64,000 nt of DNA from an uncultured delta proteobacterium (GTDB taxonomy: Bacteria; Myxococcota; Myxococcia; Myxococcales; Myxococcaceae): assembly GCA_963796055.1 (NCBI GenBank), contig CAWCKH010000004.1, positions 1,600,001-1,664,000 on the forward strand, read 5' to 3'. The notes under the pieces were generated by a model. It made no database searches. It saw only the letters and a program-made list of their open reading frames with translations, and was not told the DNA's origin. Below, piece by piece: positions 1 through 10,719 of this stretch (position 1 is its first letter; every line of letters starts with the position of its first letter). A program made the translations under genes and the position numbers.

Positions 1-1
1 G

Positions 2-1894
2 CGCCTCCACGCCGAGACGCTCGGGCCCGGCGCCTGGGCCGCGCGCTTCCTCCGGCTCGGCGCCCGGGCCCAGGCCATCGAGCACGGCTACGAGCCGCTG
101 TTCACCCACGGCCATTTCGCCCAGTCGCTGCAGATCGCCGAGGCGCTCGAGGACGCGCCGCGCATCCGCCAGAGCCTCTGGGGTCTCGCCCAGGCTCCGG
201 CTGGCGCCGAGGCCCTGCGCCGGCTGTGCAAGCTGCTCCTCGCCGAGAGCACCGGCGTCGAGCGGCAGGCCTGCGCCGAGCTGGCGGAGTCGCGGCGGGC
301 GATGGACCTCGCGGTCGCCCTTCACCGCGCAATCCTCATCTCGCCACCGGCCGAGGCGACGGACGAGGAGCGGCTCCGGGCCTTTCAGCGACTCCAGGCC
401 CTGGGCGAGCTCGACACCACCCTCTTCGAGGCGCTGGAGCGGGTCGACGCGTCCACCTCCCCGGTGCTGGTGGAGGCCTTGCTCCAGCACGTCCGTGGAC
501 GTCGCGGCGCCGAGCGTGAGCGCGGCCTTCGCCTGCTCGCGGCGCGCGCCCCGTCCCGCGCCGCCGAGCTCTGGCAGGCGCTATTCGAGCAGGCGCGTGA
601 CGACAACCGGCTGGAGGACGCGGCCTCGGCTCTCTCGGCCTGGGTGGACGCGACGCCGGATCCGGTGCAGCGGTCCGGGCTCCGGGTGCAGGCCGGCGAC
701 CTGGCGCTTGCCATCGGCTGGACGGATGTGGCCCGTGTGGCCTGGGCCCAGGCGGCGGCCGAGGACCCGACGTCGGTGGCCGCGGCCAGCAAGCTGCTCG
801 CGCTCACCTCGGCCGACGAGTCGCCGGCGGAGTTCGTCGATCTCGCCGAGCGGCTGGGCTCGCTGGTGGGCCCCGAGGCCCTCGCCGGGCGTCAGGACGA
901 GCTGGTGCACGCCTACGTCCGGCTGGGTCGGGCGGCCGATGCGCTGAGCGTCCTGTCCCAGCTTGCGCCCACCGAGGAGCACCTGCGCCAGCGCGCCGAG
1001 CTGGCCGAGTCGCTCGGACGGACGCAGGAGGCGCTCGCCTTGCGCGAGCAGCTGGCCCATACCCCCGAGGAGCGCGAGGCGCTCGCGCTGACCGCTCTGC
1101 GCGCCGGCCGGCACGCCGACGTCCTGCGCATCCTGGGACCCATCGGGTCGCTGGAGGCGCTGTCGCCGGAGTCCCGCCGGGAGTTCGCCACCGCGCTGGC
1201 GGGGAGCGAGGCCGGCGCACCGCTGGCCTCGCAGATCTGGGCACTGCTGCTGGCCGAGAACCCGGTGGACGCCGAGGGCTGGGCGCTGCACGCCGAGGCG
1301 CTGCGGCGCTGCGGCAGGCCCGAGGCCGCGGCCCGCTCCGCGGCGTTCGGGAACCTCTTCGCCGGCGAGGAGGTGGTGGCCGTGCCGGTGCCGGTGGAGC
1401 CCGTCGCCGTGGGTCCGGTCCGCACCTCGATCACCCTCCCCGCCGGGGTCCTCGAGGTCACCCCGGAGGAGATGCCAAACCTGCGCGCGGTGCTCGACGC
1501 GTCGCTCTCCGCGCTCGGCGCCCCGGGGATGCGGATCTGGCTGGACCCCGCCGGTGCCTCCGAGGCCTGGATGGCCAGCGCCGCAGATCTGGTCGTCGGC
1601 GCCGGAGCGCTGTCGCTCTTCGGGCCCCAGGAGGTCACCTTCCTGGTCGCGCTCGCCCTGGCGCTCGGTGACGAGGGCCAGGCGCTGGCCCGGCCGGGCG
1701 AGGTGGACAGGCTGCCGTCCGCCGCCGCCGAGGCGTTCGCGGCGGTTCCCTCTCCGGTGGCCGCGGCGCGGGTGCTCCTCTGGCTCGATCCGGCTGCGCG
1801 CGGCGCGGACCTGGACACGGTGGATGCGGCGGCGGTGTTGACCGGGAGCGCCGCGCTGGCCGCGGTGGTCCAGCGCGCGCTCCAGCTCGTGTAA
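2..1894 (+). CDS. Large helical-repeat (TPR-like) protein, C-terminal part (5' end outside the window)
   Basis: The frame of ORF 302..1894 is open back to position 2 (RLHAETLGPGAW...). Ala/Leu/Glu-rich helical repeats and GC3-rich codons. Confidence 0.75.
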   Translation, partial: RLHAETLGPGAWAARFLRLGARAQAIEHGYEPLFTHGHFAQSLQIAEALEDAPRIRQSLWGLAQAPAGAEALRRLCKLLLAESTGVERQACAELAESRRAMDLAVALHRAILISPPAEATDEERLRAFQRLQALGELDTTLFEALERVDASTSPVLVEALLQHVRGRRGAERERGLRLLAARAPSRAAELWQALFEQARDDNRLEDAASALSAWVDATPDPVQRSGLRVQAGDLALAIGWTDVARVAWAQAAAEDPTSVAAASKLLALTSADESPAEFVDLAERLGSLVGPEALAGRQDELVHAYVRLGRAADALSVLSQLAPTEEHLRQRAELAESLGRTQEALALREQLAHTPEEREALALTALRAGRHADVLRILGPIGSLEALSPESRREFATALAGSEAGAPLASQIWALLLAENPVDAEGWALHAEALRRCGRPEAAARSAAFGNLFAGEEVVAVPVPVEPVAVGPVRTSITLPAGVLEVTPEEMPNLRAVLDASLSALGAPGMRIWLDPAGASEAWMASAADLVVGAGALSLFGPQEVTFLVALALALGDEGQALARPGEVDRLPSAAAEAFAAVPSPVAAARVLLWLDPAARGADLDTVDAAAVLTGSAALAAVVQRALQLV

Positions 1895-1908
1895 GGTCGC
1901 GAGCCTCC

Positions 1909-2646
1909 GTGGTTCGACCTGCGTCGCTCCTCCCTTTCGCCCTGCTCGGTGCGTCCCTGGTCGCCTGCAAGGGCGAGGTGCCGGTTCCAGGCAAGGAGCG
2001 GGTGGGGACCTACCTCCTGCAGTCGGTGGGTGACCCGCTCTCCAGCGACTGCTCTCCGGCCATCCTCGACGCCGGCCTGGACGCCGGGGCGATGAACGGA
2101 CTCTTCGTCGACGCCGGGGTCGTCTTCTCGGTCACCTACCACCAGACCACCACCCCCGATGGAGGAACGCGTCTGCCGGACGGTGGGCCGGTCCTCCCTT
2201 ACGACGCCGGCTACCTGACGTTCATCGAGGGCTCGGGCTCGGAATACGGGGTGATCAACGGGCAGGTCATCGACGTGTCGGCCGTCGCGCCGCGGGTCTT
2301 CGCCCTCTGCAACTGCACCGGGCTCGAGCCGCCGGACATCCAGGTCCAGGAGCGCAACCTCATCGCCCTTCTGAGTGACTCGCAGGCGCGGGAGCTCACC
2401 GGCTCGGTGACGACCTGTGCCTCACCGGACGTCGTGCTCGACGGCGGCATCCCTCCGCCCGGCGGTGGAATCCTCGGCCCGCGGGACCCGAACGGGATCT
2501 GGAGCGTGCCGCTGGTCTGCGGCGTCACCGAGGAGCAAATACAAATACTTCGGGGCTACGACCCCGTCCAGGACGCGGGATGCAGTCCCGAGTGCCGGTC
2601 GTGCACCATGCGCTTCTCCGTCCAGGGAAGGCCGCTGCAGCCATGA
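1909..2646 (+). CDS. Cys-rich lipoprotein of unknown function
   Basis: Signal peptide with lipobox LVAC, several Cys, repeated DAG/DGG motifs. Stop overlaps the queC start (ATGA). Confidence 0.75.
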   Translation: MVRPASLLPFALLGASLVACKGEVPVPGKERVGTYLLQSVGDPLSSDCSPAILDAGLDAGAMNGLFVDAGVVFSVTYHQTTTPDGGTRLPDGGPVLPYDAGYLTFIEGSGSEYGVINGQVIDVSAVAPRVFALCNCTGLEPPDIQVQERNLIALLSDSQARELTGSVTTCASPDVVLDGGIPPPGGGILGPRDPNGIWSVPLVCGVTEEQIQILRGYDPVQDAGCSPECRSCTMRFSVQGRPLQP

Positions 2647-3332
2647 GCGCCCCCCGCGCGGTGGTGCTGCTCTCCGGTGGCCTGGATTCGGCGACCTGCC
2701 TGGCCATGGCCCGGAGCGAGGGCTTCCTCTGCAGCTGCCTGCTGGTCGACTACGGGCAGCGGCACCGGGTGGAGCTGGACCGCGCGCGGGCGGTGGCCCG
2801 GGCGCAGGGCGTGGAGGACGTGCGGGTGGTCCAGGTGGACCTCCGCGCCATCGGGGGCTCGGCGCTCACCGCGGACATCGCCGTCCCGAAGGACCGGGCC
2901 GAGGCCGAGCGCGGGACGGGGATCCCGGTCACCTACGTGCCGGCGCGAAACACGCTGTTCCTCGCGCTCGCGCTGGGGATGGCGGAGACGCTGGGGGCCA
3001 CCGACCTCTTCATCGGGGTGAACGCGGTGGACTACTCGGGCTACCCGGACTGCCGCCCCGAGCTCATCCGGGCCTTCGAGTCCCTGGCAAACCTCGCGAC
3101 CCGGGCCGGCGTGGAGGGCGCTCGGTTCCGGGTGCACGCTCCGCTCTCCGGCATGCGCAAGGCGGAGATCATCCAGGCGGGCGCGCGGCTCGGCGTCGAC
3201 TACGCGCTCACCCACAGCTGCTACGACCCGGACCCGGAGGGGAAGGCCTGCGGGCGGTGCGACAGCTGTCTCATCCGGCGCGAGGGCTTCCGGGCGGCTG
3301 GCGTGCCGGACCCGACGGCGTACGGAGCGTGA
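2643..3332 (+). CDS. queC: 7-cyano-7-deazaguanine synthase
   Basis: [31 protein letters not shown] and C-terminal SCY...CGRCDSC Zn motif. ATG at 2643. Confidence 0.95.
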   Translation: MSAPRAVVLLSGGLDSATCLAMARSEGFLCSCLLVDYGQRHRVELDRARAVARAQGVEDVRVVQVDLRAIGGSALTADIAVPKDRAEAERGTGIPVTYVPARNTLFLALALGMAETLGATDLFIGVNAVDYSGYPDCRPELIRAFESLANLATRAGVEGARFRVHAPLSGMRKAEIIQAGARLGVDYALTHSCYDPDPEGKACGRCDSCLIRREGFRAAGVPDPTAYGA

Positions 3333-3934
3333 GTCCGGGACTCCTCACCGTCCTCGCCCTGCTCGCCCTCGCTGGTGGCGCGGGGACTCCCGGTGGTCTG
3401 GTGGAGGCCAGCACGCGGATCCCGGGCCTGGTGGTCGAGCTGCGCTACGCGACCGAGGACAACTTCCTGGGGCGGGCGGTGTACCCCGAGGGCGCGCGCT
3501 GCCTGCTCCTCCCGCCGGTGGTGGAGCGCCTCGCCCGGGCCGCGCGGACGCTCGAGACCCACGGCTTCGGGATCAAGGTCTGGGACTGCTACCGGCCCAT
3601 CCACGTGCAGTGGGCGATGTGGAAGCTGGTTCCCCGCAAGGGCTACGTCGCCGACCCGCACACCGGCAGCAACCACAACCGGGGCGGGGCGGTGGACGTG
3701 ACCCTGGTGACCCTCGATCGCGCGGCGGTGGACATGCCCACCCCGTTCGACACCTTCGGTCCCGCGGCGCACCACGGCAGCACCGCGGGCACGGCCGAGG
3801 CGCGGGCGAACCGCGAGACGCTCCGCCAGGCGATGGTCGCCGCGGGGTTCCGGGCCAACCGGATGGAGTGGTGGCACTACGACGCGCCCGAGGCCCGCGG
3901 CGCGCCGGTGCTGGACGTGCCGCTCGATCGATGA
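3329..3934 (+). CDS. ddpX: D-alanyl-D-alanine dipeptidase (peptidase M15D, VanX/DdpX family)
   Basis: [25 protein letters not shown] and EWWHY motifs. GTG start overlaps the queC stop (GTGA). Hydrophobic N-terminus. Confidence 0.9.
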   Translation: MSPGLLTVLALLALAGGAGTPGGLVEASTRIPGLVVELRYATEDNFLGRAVYPEGARCLLLPPVVERLARAARTLETHGFGIKVWDCYRPIHVQWAMWKLVPRKGYVADPHTGSNHNRGGAVDVTLVTLDRAAVDMPTPFDTFGPAAHHGSTAGTAEARANRETLRQAMVAAGFRANRMEWWHYDAPEARGAPVLDVPLDR

Positions 3935-3967
3935 GCGCAGTGGCATTCCGCTAGGCTCGCCGCCTCC

Positions 3968-5350
3968 GTGCTCGCGTTCGTCCGCTCACATCCGTTGACG
4001 GTGGCCGTCCACCTGCTGGGCCTGGCGATCGGTCTGCGGGTCCTGGTCACCCGGCGGAGTCCGCAGAGCCTCATGGCGTGGATCCTGGGCCTGCTGGTGA
4101 TGCCCTGGGCGGCGGTCCCGCTCTTCCTGCTCTTCGGCGCGCGGAAGCTGCCGCGGAGCGTGCGCGGAAAGCACCGGCCGCTGCTGCCCCCGGGGGGCCA
4201 CGCGGGCCTGCCAGACGGTCACCCGGCGGCGGACGTGCCCCGGGTGCTGCGGACCGAGGGCGTTCCGGGGGTGCGCACCGGGAATGCCTTCGAGCTGCTG
4301 GGCACCGGAGAGCGCGCCTTCGAGGCCCTGCACCGGGAGATCGCCGCAGCCCGGCAGAGCATCGACCTCACCATCTTCATCCTCGGCGACGACGAGGTCG
4401 GCTGGAGCGTGGTGCAGGGGCTCGCCGCTCGGGCCCGGGCCGGGGTACGGGTGCGGCTGCTGGTCGATGCGGTGGGCTCGCGGCCCATCCGACGGCGGGC
4501 CGCCCAGGCGCTCCGGGCAGCGGGTGGCGAGCTCCGGGTCTTCATGCCGCTCCTCCATGCGCCACTGAAGGGGCGTACCAACCTCCGGAGCCACCGCAAG
4601 GTCGCGGTCTTCGATGGACGTCGGGTCTTCATGGGCGGGATGAACATGGCGCTCGAGTACATGGGACCCACGCCCTGGCCAGGGCGGTGGCGGGATCTGG
4701 CCTGTCTGCTGGAGGGCCCGGTGGCGAGCGACGCCGAGCAGCTCTTCGCCGCCGACTGGGGTTTCGCCGGAGGTGCGGAGACGCCGCCGCCAAACGAGCT
4801 CTCGCGGCCCGCCGGCGAGGCGGTGGTTCAGCTCGTCCCCAGCGGTCCGGAGATGAAGACCGACACCTTCTACGACGCGCTGCTCACCGCGCTCGCCTCG
4901 GCACGGAGCCACGTGGCCTGCGTCACGCCGTACTACGTCCCGGACGACGTGGTGCAGCACGCCTTCGTGCTCTGCGCGCGGCGCGGCGTGCGGACCGAGC
5001 TGGTGATGCCGGCGCGGTCGAACCACGCTCTGGCCGACAACGCGCGTCGGGGCCTGATCGCCGAGCTGGCGGAGGCCGGGGTGGTGCTGCACTGGTACGA
5101 CCGGATGGTGCATGGCAAGGCCATGGTGGTCGACGAGACGGTGGCCTATCTCGGGTCGCCCAACCTGGACATGCGGAGCTTCTTCCTCAACTACGAGGAC
5201 GCGCTGCTCCTGTACTCGCCGCCGGAGATCGCCGCGGTTCGCGGGTGGATCTCCGCGCTGCGCTACGAGTGCTCGACGACGCAGACCCCGCCCAGCCGGC
5301 GCTGGTGGCTGATCGAGGACTTTGCCCGGCTGATGGCCCCGGAGCTCTGA
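3968..5350 (+). CDS. cls: Cardiolipin synthase (phospholipase D family)
   Basis: Two N-terminal TM segments and two HKD motifs (HRKVAVFD...GGMN; HGKAMVVD...GSPNLD). Confidence 0.9.
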   Translation: MLAFVRSHPLTVAVHLLGLAIGLRVLVTRRSPQSLMAWILGLLVMPWAAVPLFLLFGARKLPRSVRGKHRPLLPPGGHAGLPDGHPAADVPRVLRTEGVPGVRTGNAFELLGTGERAFEALHREIAAARQSIDLTIFILGDDEVGWSVVQGLAARARAGVRVRLLVDAVGSRPIRRRAAQALRAAGGELRVFMPLLHAPLKGRTNLRSHRKVAVFDGRRVFMGGMNMALEYMGPTPWPGRWRDLACLLEGPVASDAEQLFAADWGFAGGAETPPPNELSRPAGEAVVQLVPSGPEMKTDTFYDALLTALASARSHVACVTPYYVPDDVVQHAFVLCARRGVRTELVMPARSNHALADNARRGLIAELAEAGVVLHWYDRMVHGKAMVVDETVAYLGSPNLDMRSFFLNYEDALLLYSPPEIAAVRGWISALRYECSTTQTPPSRRWWLIEDFARLMAPEL

Positions 5351-5427
5351 GCGCGGCACCCGGGTCTGGACTGCGGACCGGTTCGGCCGCATTGTTGACA
5401 TCGCACCATGTGAAGGGGGGGTGTTCG

Positions 5428-6523
5428 ATGCGTGCGCCGGTTCTGCTCCTGACTTCGGGGCTGGTCCTGGGACTTCTGTCCTGCAGCAGCGAGGAAGCCC
5501 CCTGCGCGGCTCCGGATGGATGCATTGCCGCGCGCCAGGTCGCGGGCAGGTGCCAATGCCTGGACTGGCAGATCATCTCGGACGAGGTGGTCGCGATCAG
5601 GTATCTCGTCACCGGGGTACTGATCCCCGCGCCAGGTGGGTCCAGCAGCGTGACCTACGGCCAGGTTCCGGACCCGCAGCAGCCGCCGTTCACGTCGGCG
5701 CGCTCCCAGCAGGGCACGCGGCTCCGGGCCGTGCTCCGGGAGGTCGACGGCAAGGAGCGGGTGCTGCAGGCGGAGGTCCCCACCGAGAGCGGCCCTAATC
5801 CGACCGAGGTCCTCGAGCGGCTCGGCGGCACGACGCTCTCCTTCGGCCTGTCCCCTGGCGCAGGGTTCGGACTCGGCGGCGGCAGCGATGTGCATCCTCC
5901 GGCCGAGGACTGGATCCTCGTCTGGACCAACCCGACGCTGCGTCTCGTCCGGGATGCGGGGGGCAACCTCCGCGGCATCTGGGGGTGGAGCGGCAACTGC
6001 GTGCACTCCCCGTGCCCCGGGCCCGAGGTTCTCCGGATTCGTACGGGCGCGTTCGATGGCACCTCTCCGGCCGATCCAGGGGAGAAGGCCTTTCTCCAGT
6101 CACTCAGCCCCATGGAGAACGCGGCCATCCGCGCGTTCGATCGCTTTGCCGCGTCTCCACCTCCGAGCAGTGCGGAGATCGATGCGGATTCCGCGCTTCA
6201 TCCGCCTCGGGGAAGGCGTCGTGGACCTGCAGGGCTCGAGCACTCCATCCACCGCGTGGAACCCGTGCCCCGGGGTGGCGACCGACGGGGACTTTCCCGT
6301 GCTCGCCAGCACCGAGATCCCCGTGGGGCGGAACGGGGAGACCGTGGTGGTGCAGCAGAGCTGGCTGACCACCACCATCGACTGCTCGATGCAGGTCTGC
6401 GGGCTCGTTCTCGGGACGGAGACCGCCGGCTGCCGGATGACGCCGACCATTTACCTGGACCGGCTCTTCGGCATGCTCGGATTCCTGACCGGCACGGTGA
6501 GCGCGGCGTGCGAGCCACCATGA
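5428..6523 (+). pseudogene. Cys-rich lipoprotein interrupted by a 1-nt frameshift near 6190 (pseudogene or sequence error)
   Basis: ATG 5428 with lipobox LLSC. The protein-like sequence switches frame at GAT GCG GAT T CCG CGC TTC and continues in the 5888..6523 frame. Confidence 0.6.
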
Positions 6524-6536
6524 GCCCGCCGGCCTC

Positions 6537-7625
6537 TCAGACGTGGTCCCGGGCCGCGACGTCCTTCTCCGCGGCCAGGAGCACGCGCTTCCGCTCCGGG
6601 CCCCAGCGGTAGCCGGAGAGGCTGCCATCGGCGTGCACGACGCGGTGACAGGGCACCGCCAGCGCCACCGGGTTGGTCGCGCAGGCACGTGCCACGGCGC
6701 GGACCGCCTTCGGATGGCCGACGGACCGTGCCACCTCGGCGTAGCTGGCGGTGCTCCCGCTGGGGATGGCCCGGAGTGCCTGCCAGACCTGGCGCTGGAA
6801 GGCCGTCGACGCGACGTCGAGCGGGAGTTGCTCGGCGCCTGACCGCTCTCCCAGGGCCGCCGCCGCGGAGCGGAGCCGTGCATCCGACTCCGGCGAGGCC
6901 CGCTCGAGCGTGGCCGCGGGGAACTCGGAGCGGAGCAGCCCCTCCAGCGCCTCCGCGCTCTCGCCGAAGGCCACCCGGCACAGCCCGCGCTCCGTCCGTG
7001 CAAGGAGCAGCGACCCCAGCGGGGTGTCGAGCACCGTCCAGGTGATGCGCTGTCCCGCGGCGCCCTTTCCGTACTGGGCGGGACTCATCCCCATCTGCTT
7101 CCGCGCGGCCGCGTAGGCCCGGCCGGCCGACCCGTACCCGGCCTCGAGCCAGGCCTCGGTCACCGGCTTGCCGGCGCGCAGCTCGGCCTTCCAGCGCTCG
7201 AGCCGCGCGGCGGCGACGAACTCCTTCGGCGACAGCCCGGTGTGCTTCTTGAACGTCTTCTGCAGGTGGGCCGGGCTGATGCCGGTCGCCCGGGCGAGCG
7301 CCTCCAGCCCGGGAGGCGCCTCGAGGTCCGCGACCAGGAGCGACTTCACCTTCGCCACCAGCGCCTCCGCGGGAGGTTGCGCGAGCTCCGGGCGGCAGCG
7401 CTTGCAGGCACGGTAGCCCTGGCGCTCGGCGGTGGCCGCGTCGGGGAGGAAGCGCACGTTCTTCTTCAGCGGCCGGCGGGCCGGGCAGGTGGGTCGGCAA
7501 TAGATGCAGGTGGTCTCGACCGCGACGACGAAGGCGCCGTCCGCGCCGGGGTCGCGCCGGACGAAGGCCTCCCAGCGGCCGTCCTCGGGGTCGTCGTGCA
7601 CCATGTCCAGAGAATGCAGGTCCAT
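6537..7625 (-). CDS. ada: Bifunctional Ada: Zn-finger methylphosphotriester repair, AraC HTH and O6-methylguanine methyltransferase
   Basis: IYCRPTC...RACKRC Zn site, AraC-like HTH, active site PCHRV. Confidence 0.93.
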   Translation of the reverse strand: MDLHSLDMVHDDPEDGRWEAFVRRDPGADGAFVVAVETTCIYCRPTCPARRPLKKNVRFLPDAATAERQGYRACKRCRPELAQPPAEALVAKVKSLLVADLEAPPGLEALARATGISPAHLQKTFKKHTGLSPKEFVAAARLERWKAELRAGKPVTEAWLEAGYGSAGRAYAAARKQMGMSPAQYGKGAAGQRITWTVLDTPLGSLLLARTERGLCRVAFGESAEALEGLLRSEFPAATLERASPESDARLRSAAAALGERSGAEQLPLDVASTAFQRQVWQALRAIPSGSTASYAEVARSVGHPKAVRAVARACATNPVALAVPCHRVVHADGSLSGYRWGPERKRVLLAAEKDVAARDHV

Positions 7626-7827
7626 TCGAGTCCTCGCACGTCGTTGATGGGGTGAGGAGTAGCCCGGGCCGGCCCTGCCCGCGTGCCGGCTCCTGCGCTG
7701 GATGTGCGGTCCCCAGGAGAGAGTTGACGGCGCCTACATCAGGCGTTACCTGGGCCGAAGTATCCACTGTTAACACTGCCGGGAGTCCCATGCTGCGCGA
7801 CGTCGAGATCCAGATCAGGGTGGCCCG

Positions 7828-8640
7828 ATGAGCCCGGCCGCCGCTCGGCTCCCGGAGCGGTACGGACCGTGGGCGGTGGTGACCGGCGCCTCGGACGGGA
7901 TCGGGCGCAACTTCGCCGAGCGGCTCGCCGAGGCAGGCGTTCATCTGGTGCTGGTCGCCCGCAGGCAGGAGGTCCTCGACACCCTCGCCCAGCAGATGGA
8001 GCACAGACACGGTGTGAGGACCCGCGTGCTCTCGCTCGACCTCTCGCGGCCGGGCTCGGTCGAGGCGCTGGTGTCTGGCACCGCGGACGTCGACGTCGGC
8101 CTGCTGGTGGCCTGCGCGGGGTTCGGAACCTCGGGCCCATTCCTCGAATCCGACCTCTCCCGCGAGCTGGAGATGGTGCAGGTCAACTGCGCGGCGGTGG
8201 CCGCGCTCTGCCACCACTTCGGACGGCGGTTCGCCGAGCGACGCCGCGGTGGGATGGTGCTGATGAGCTCGCTGCTCGCCTTCCAGGGCGTGCCGCGGGC
8301 GGCGAACTACGCGGCGACCAAGGCCTACGTGCAGTCGCTCGCCGAGGGGCTCCACGTGGAGCTCGCGCCGCTCGGCGTCGACGTGATCGCCTGCGCCCCG
8401 GGTCCGGTGAAGAGCGGGTTCGCGGCCCGGTCGGACATGCAGATGGGGATGGGCATCCCCCCCTCCTCGGTCGGTGGAGCGACGCTGGCCGCGCTGGGGC
8501 GGACGACGACGGTGCGGCCCGGCTGGCTGTCGAAGGCGCTCGAGCTCGCGCTCGCCTCGCTGATCACCCGCTGGGCCCGGGTCCGGATGATGGCCAGGGT
8601 GATGCGGAGGATGACCGCGCACCGGCCGCCCTCGCAATGA
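7828..8640 (+). CDS. SDR family oxidoreductase
   Basis: TGASDGIG and YAATK motifs. Confidence 0.9.
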   Translation: MSPAAARLPERYGPWAVVTGASDGIGRNFAERLAEAGVHLVLVARRQEVLDTLAQQMEHRHGVRTRVLSLDLSRPGSVEALVSGTADVDVGLLVACAGFGTSGPFLESDLSRELEMVQVNCAAVAALCHHFGRRFAERRRGGMVLMSSLLAFQGVPRAANYAATKAYVQSLAEGLHVELAPLGVDVIACAPGPVKSGFAARSDMQMGMGIPPSSVGGATLAALGRTTTVRPGWLSKALELALASLITRWARVRMMARVMRRMTAHRPPSQ

Positions 8641-8662
8641 TGGCACCCGCAGGGGCCGTGGG

Positions 8663-9526
8663 TCAGGGCGAGGTGGCGGGAATGCCGAACAGCCGCCACC
8701 GGAGCCGATCCAGGGCTCGGTCGCCCAGGATGCGCGGCAGCGTGACCAGGAGCCGCGCGTCCTTTCCCACCGGGACGTGGGGCGGAGGACGTCGGTCGAC
8801 GAGCGCGTGGTACACCGCCTCGGCCACCACCTCGGGAGGACTCCCTTTGTTCTCCCGCTCGGCCGCCCGCCGCAGGAACTCCCGGAGCATGCGCCCGTAG
8901 CGCGCCGTCCCTTCCGCCGGGAGGGCGCGGATGGCCGCCTCCGGGTCCCCGAGCATCTTGTCCACCGCGGGGGTGCGAATGGACGCGGGCTCGAGCATCA
9001 CCACCGCGATTCCGAACGGGTGCAGCTCCAGCCGGAGCGCGTCGTTCAGCGAGCGGAACGCGCTCTTCGTGGCGCAGAGCGCACCGCCGAAGGGCATTGC
9101 CATCTGGCTCCCGACCGAGCCCATGTTGACGATGCGTCCGCGCGACTTCCGGATGAGCGGGAGAAAGGCCTGGGTCACCGCGATCTGGCCGAAGACGTTC
9201 ACCTCGAACAGCCGCCGGAGCACGTCCGGGGCGAGATGCTCGACCGGCGCCGCGACCCCGAAGCCCGCGTTGTTCACCAGGCCGGACAGCCCGCTTTCCC
9301 CCAGCTGCGCCTCGACCTGCGAGGCTGCCCTGCGCACCGCTTCCCCGTCCGTCACGTCCATCTGGACGGGGGTCCCCCGTTCACCGAGCGCCGAGCGCAG
9401 GCGCTCGGCGTCGTCCGGTTTCCTGACGCCGGCGAACACCCTGAACCCCGCCCGCGCCAGCCGCACCACGGTCGCGTATCCGATGCCGGTGGACGCCCCG
9501 GTCACCACGACGGTCCTGGAACCCAT
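8663..9526 (-). CDS. SDR family oxidoreductase with atypical active site (LxxxK)
   Basis: MGSRTVVVTGASTGIG, NNAG, NMGS. LCATK in place of YxxxK. Confidence 0.88.
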   Translation of the reverse strand: MGSRTVVVTGASTGIGYATVVRLARAGFRVFAGVRKPDDAERLRSALGERGTPVQMDVTDGEAVRRAASQVEAQLGESGLSGLVNNAGFGVAAPVEHLAPDVLRRLFEVNVFGQIAVTQAFLPLIRKSRGRIVNMGSVGSQMAMPFGGALCATKSAFRSLNDALRLELHPFGIAVVMLEPASIRTPAVDKMLGDPEAAIRALPAEGTARYGRMLREFLRRAAERENKGSPPEVVAEAVYHALVDRRPPPHVPVGKDARLLVTLPRILGDRALDRLRWRLFGIPATSP

Positions 9527-9671
9527 GCGCCCGAAGGTAGGACCGGTGGTCGACGCAGGGGACCTCCCCGAGCTGGCGAGGGAACGTGAGACCGCGGCTC
9601 TCCTGGCCGCGCGCCGTGCGCCCGACCCGACCTCCGGCCAGCCCGTGGCGGACCAGGCGCCCCGTGGGCGC

Positions 9672-10709
9672 TCAGCCAAAGAACACCCGGGCGACGTCGA
9701 AGTACTCGGCCGGCACCCGCTTGAGGGTCCGGGTGGCGTCGGCGAGGGCGACGCTGGTGACCTCGTTCCCGCGAAGCGCCGCCATGCGACCGAACTCCTT
9801 GTGGGCCACCATGTCGCAGGCGTGCACGCCGAAGCGGGAGGCCAGCACCCGGTCGTGCGCGGTGGGCGTGCCTCCACGCTGGATGTGACCCAGCACCGAG
9901 ACCCGCGTCTCGAACCCGGTGCGGCGCTCGATCTCCGAGGCGACGAACTGGCCCACGCCCCCGAGCCGGACCCGGCCCGCCTCGTCGAGCGCGCCGGAGG
10001 TCACCACGTGCTCGGGCTCGTCCGGGCTGGCGCGGATCTTCGTCCCCTCGGCGACCACCACGATGCTGAAGCTCGTCCCGCCGGCGTAGCGGCGCTTCAG
10101 CTGGTCGGCCACCGCAGCCAGGTCCGCCGGTTCCTCGGGGACGAGGATGACGTCGGCCCCGCCGGCAATGCCGGCGTGGGTGGCGATCCACCCGACGTGC
10201 CGGCCCATCACCTCCACCACGATGACCCGCTTGTGCGACTCGGCGGTGCTGTGCAGCCGGTCGATGGCCTCGGTGGCGATCGACACCGCGGTGTCGAAGC
10301 CGAAGGTGTAGTCCGTCCCGTTGAGGTCGTTGTCGATCGTCTTGGGGATGCCCACCACCGGGAGCCCGTGCTCGTGGAGCCGGGCCGCGGCGGACAAGGT
10401 TCCCTCGCCGCCGATGGCCACCACGGCGTGGATGCCGTGCTTCGCGGCGTTGGACATCACTTTCTCCAGCCCGTCCTCGAGGGTGAAGGGATTCACCCGG
10501 CTGGTGCCGAGGATGGTGCCCCCGCGGTGCAGGATGCCCGCGGTGTTCTCGCGGGTGAGCGGAAAGACCCGGTCCTCGATGAGGCCCTTCCAGCCGTCCC
10601 GCAGCCCCAGGACAGAGAAGCGGTGGTTCTGGGCCCGGCGGACCACGGCGCGGATGACGGCATTGAGACCGGGACAGTCGCCTCCCCCGGTCAGGACGGC
10701 GATTCGCAT
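9672..10709 (-). CDS. pfkA: 6-phosphofructokinase (probably ATP-dependent)
   Basis: MRIAVLTGGGDCPGLN, GGTILGTSR, GGEGT, PKTIDND, EVMGR, LGHIQRGG. Confidence 0.95.
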   Translation of the reverse strand: MRIAVLTGGGDCPGLNAVIRAVVRRAQNHRFSVLGLRDGWKGLIEDRVFPLTRENTAGILHRGGTILGTSRVNPFTLEDGLEKVMSNAAKHGIHAVVAIGGEGTLSAAARLHEHGLPVVGIPKTIDNDLNGTDYTFGFDTAVSIATEAIDRLHSTAESHKRVIVVEVMGRHVGWIATHAGIAGGADVILVPEEPADLAAVADQLKRRYAGGTSFSIVVVAEGTKIRASPDEPEHVVTSGALDEAGRVRLGGVGQFVASEIERRTGFETRVSVLGHIQRGGTPTAHDRVLASRFGVHACDMVAHKEFGRMAALRGNEVTSVALADATRTLKRVPAEYFDVARVFFG

Positions 10710-10719
10710 GGAGGCTAGC

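Noticed and set aside
3329..3934. vanX as part of a glycopeptide-resistance cluster
   Set aside because: No vanH/vanA/vanRS nearby. A stand-alone DdpX-type enzyme with a signal-like N-terminus.
7630..7830. Short ORF MLRDVEIQIRVAR overlapping the SDR start, and a possible Ada box
   Set aside because: Too short, with no recognisable homology. No convincing Ada operator could be defined by eye.
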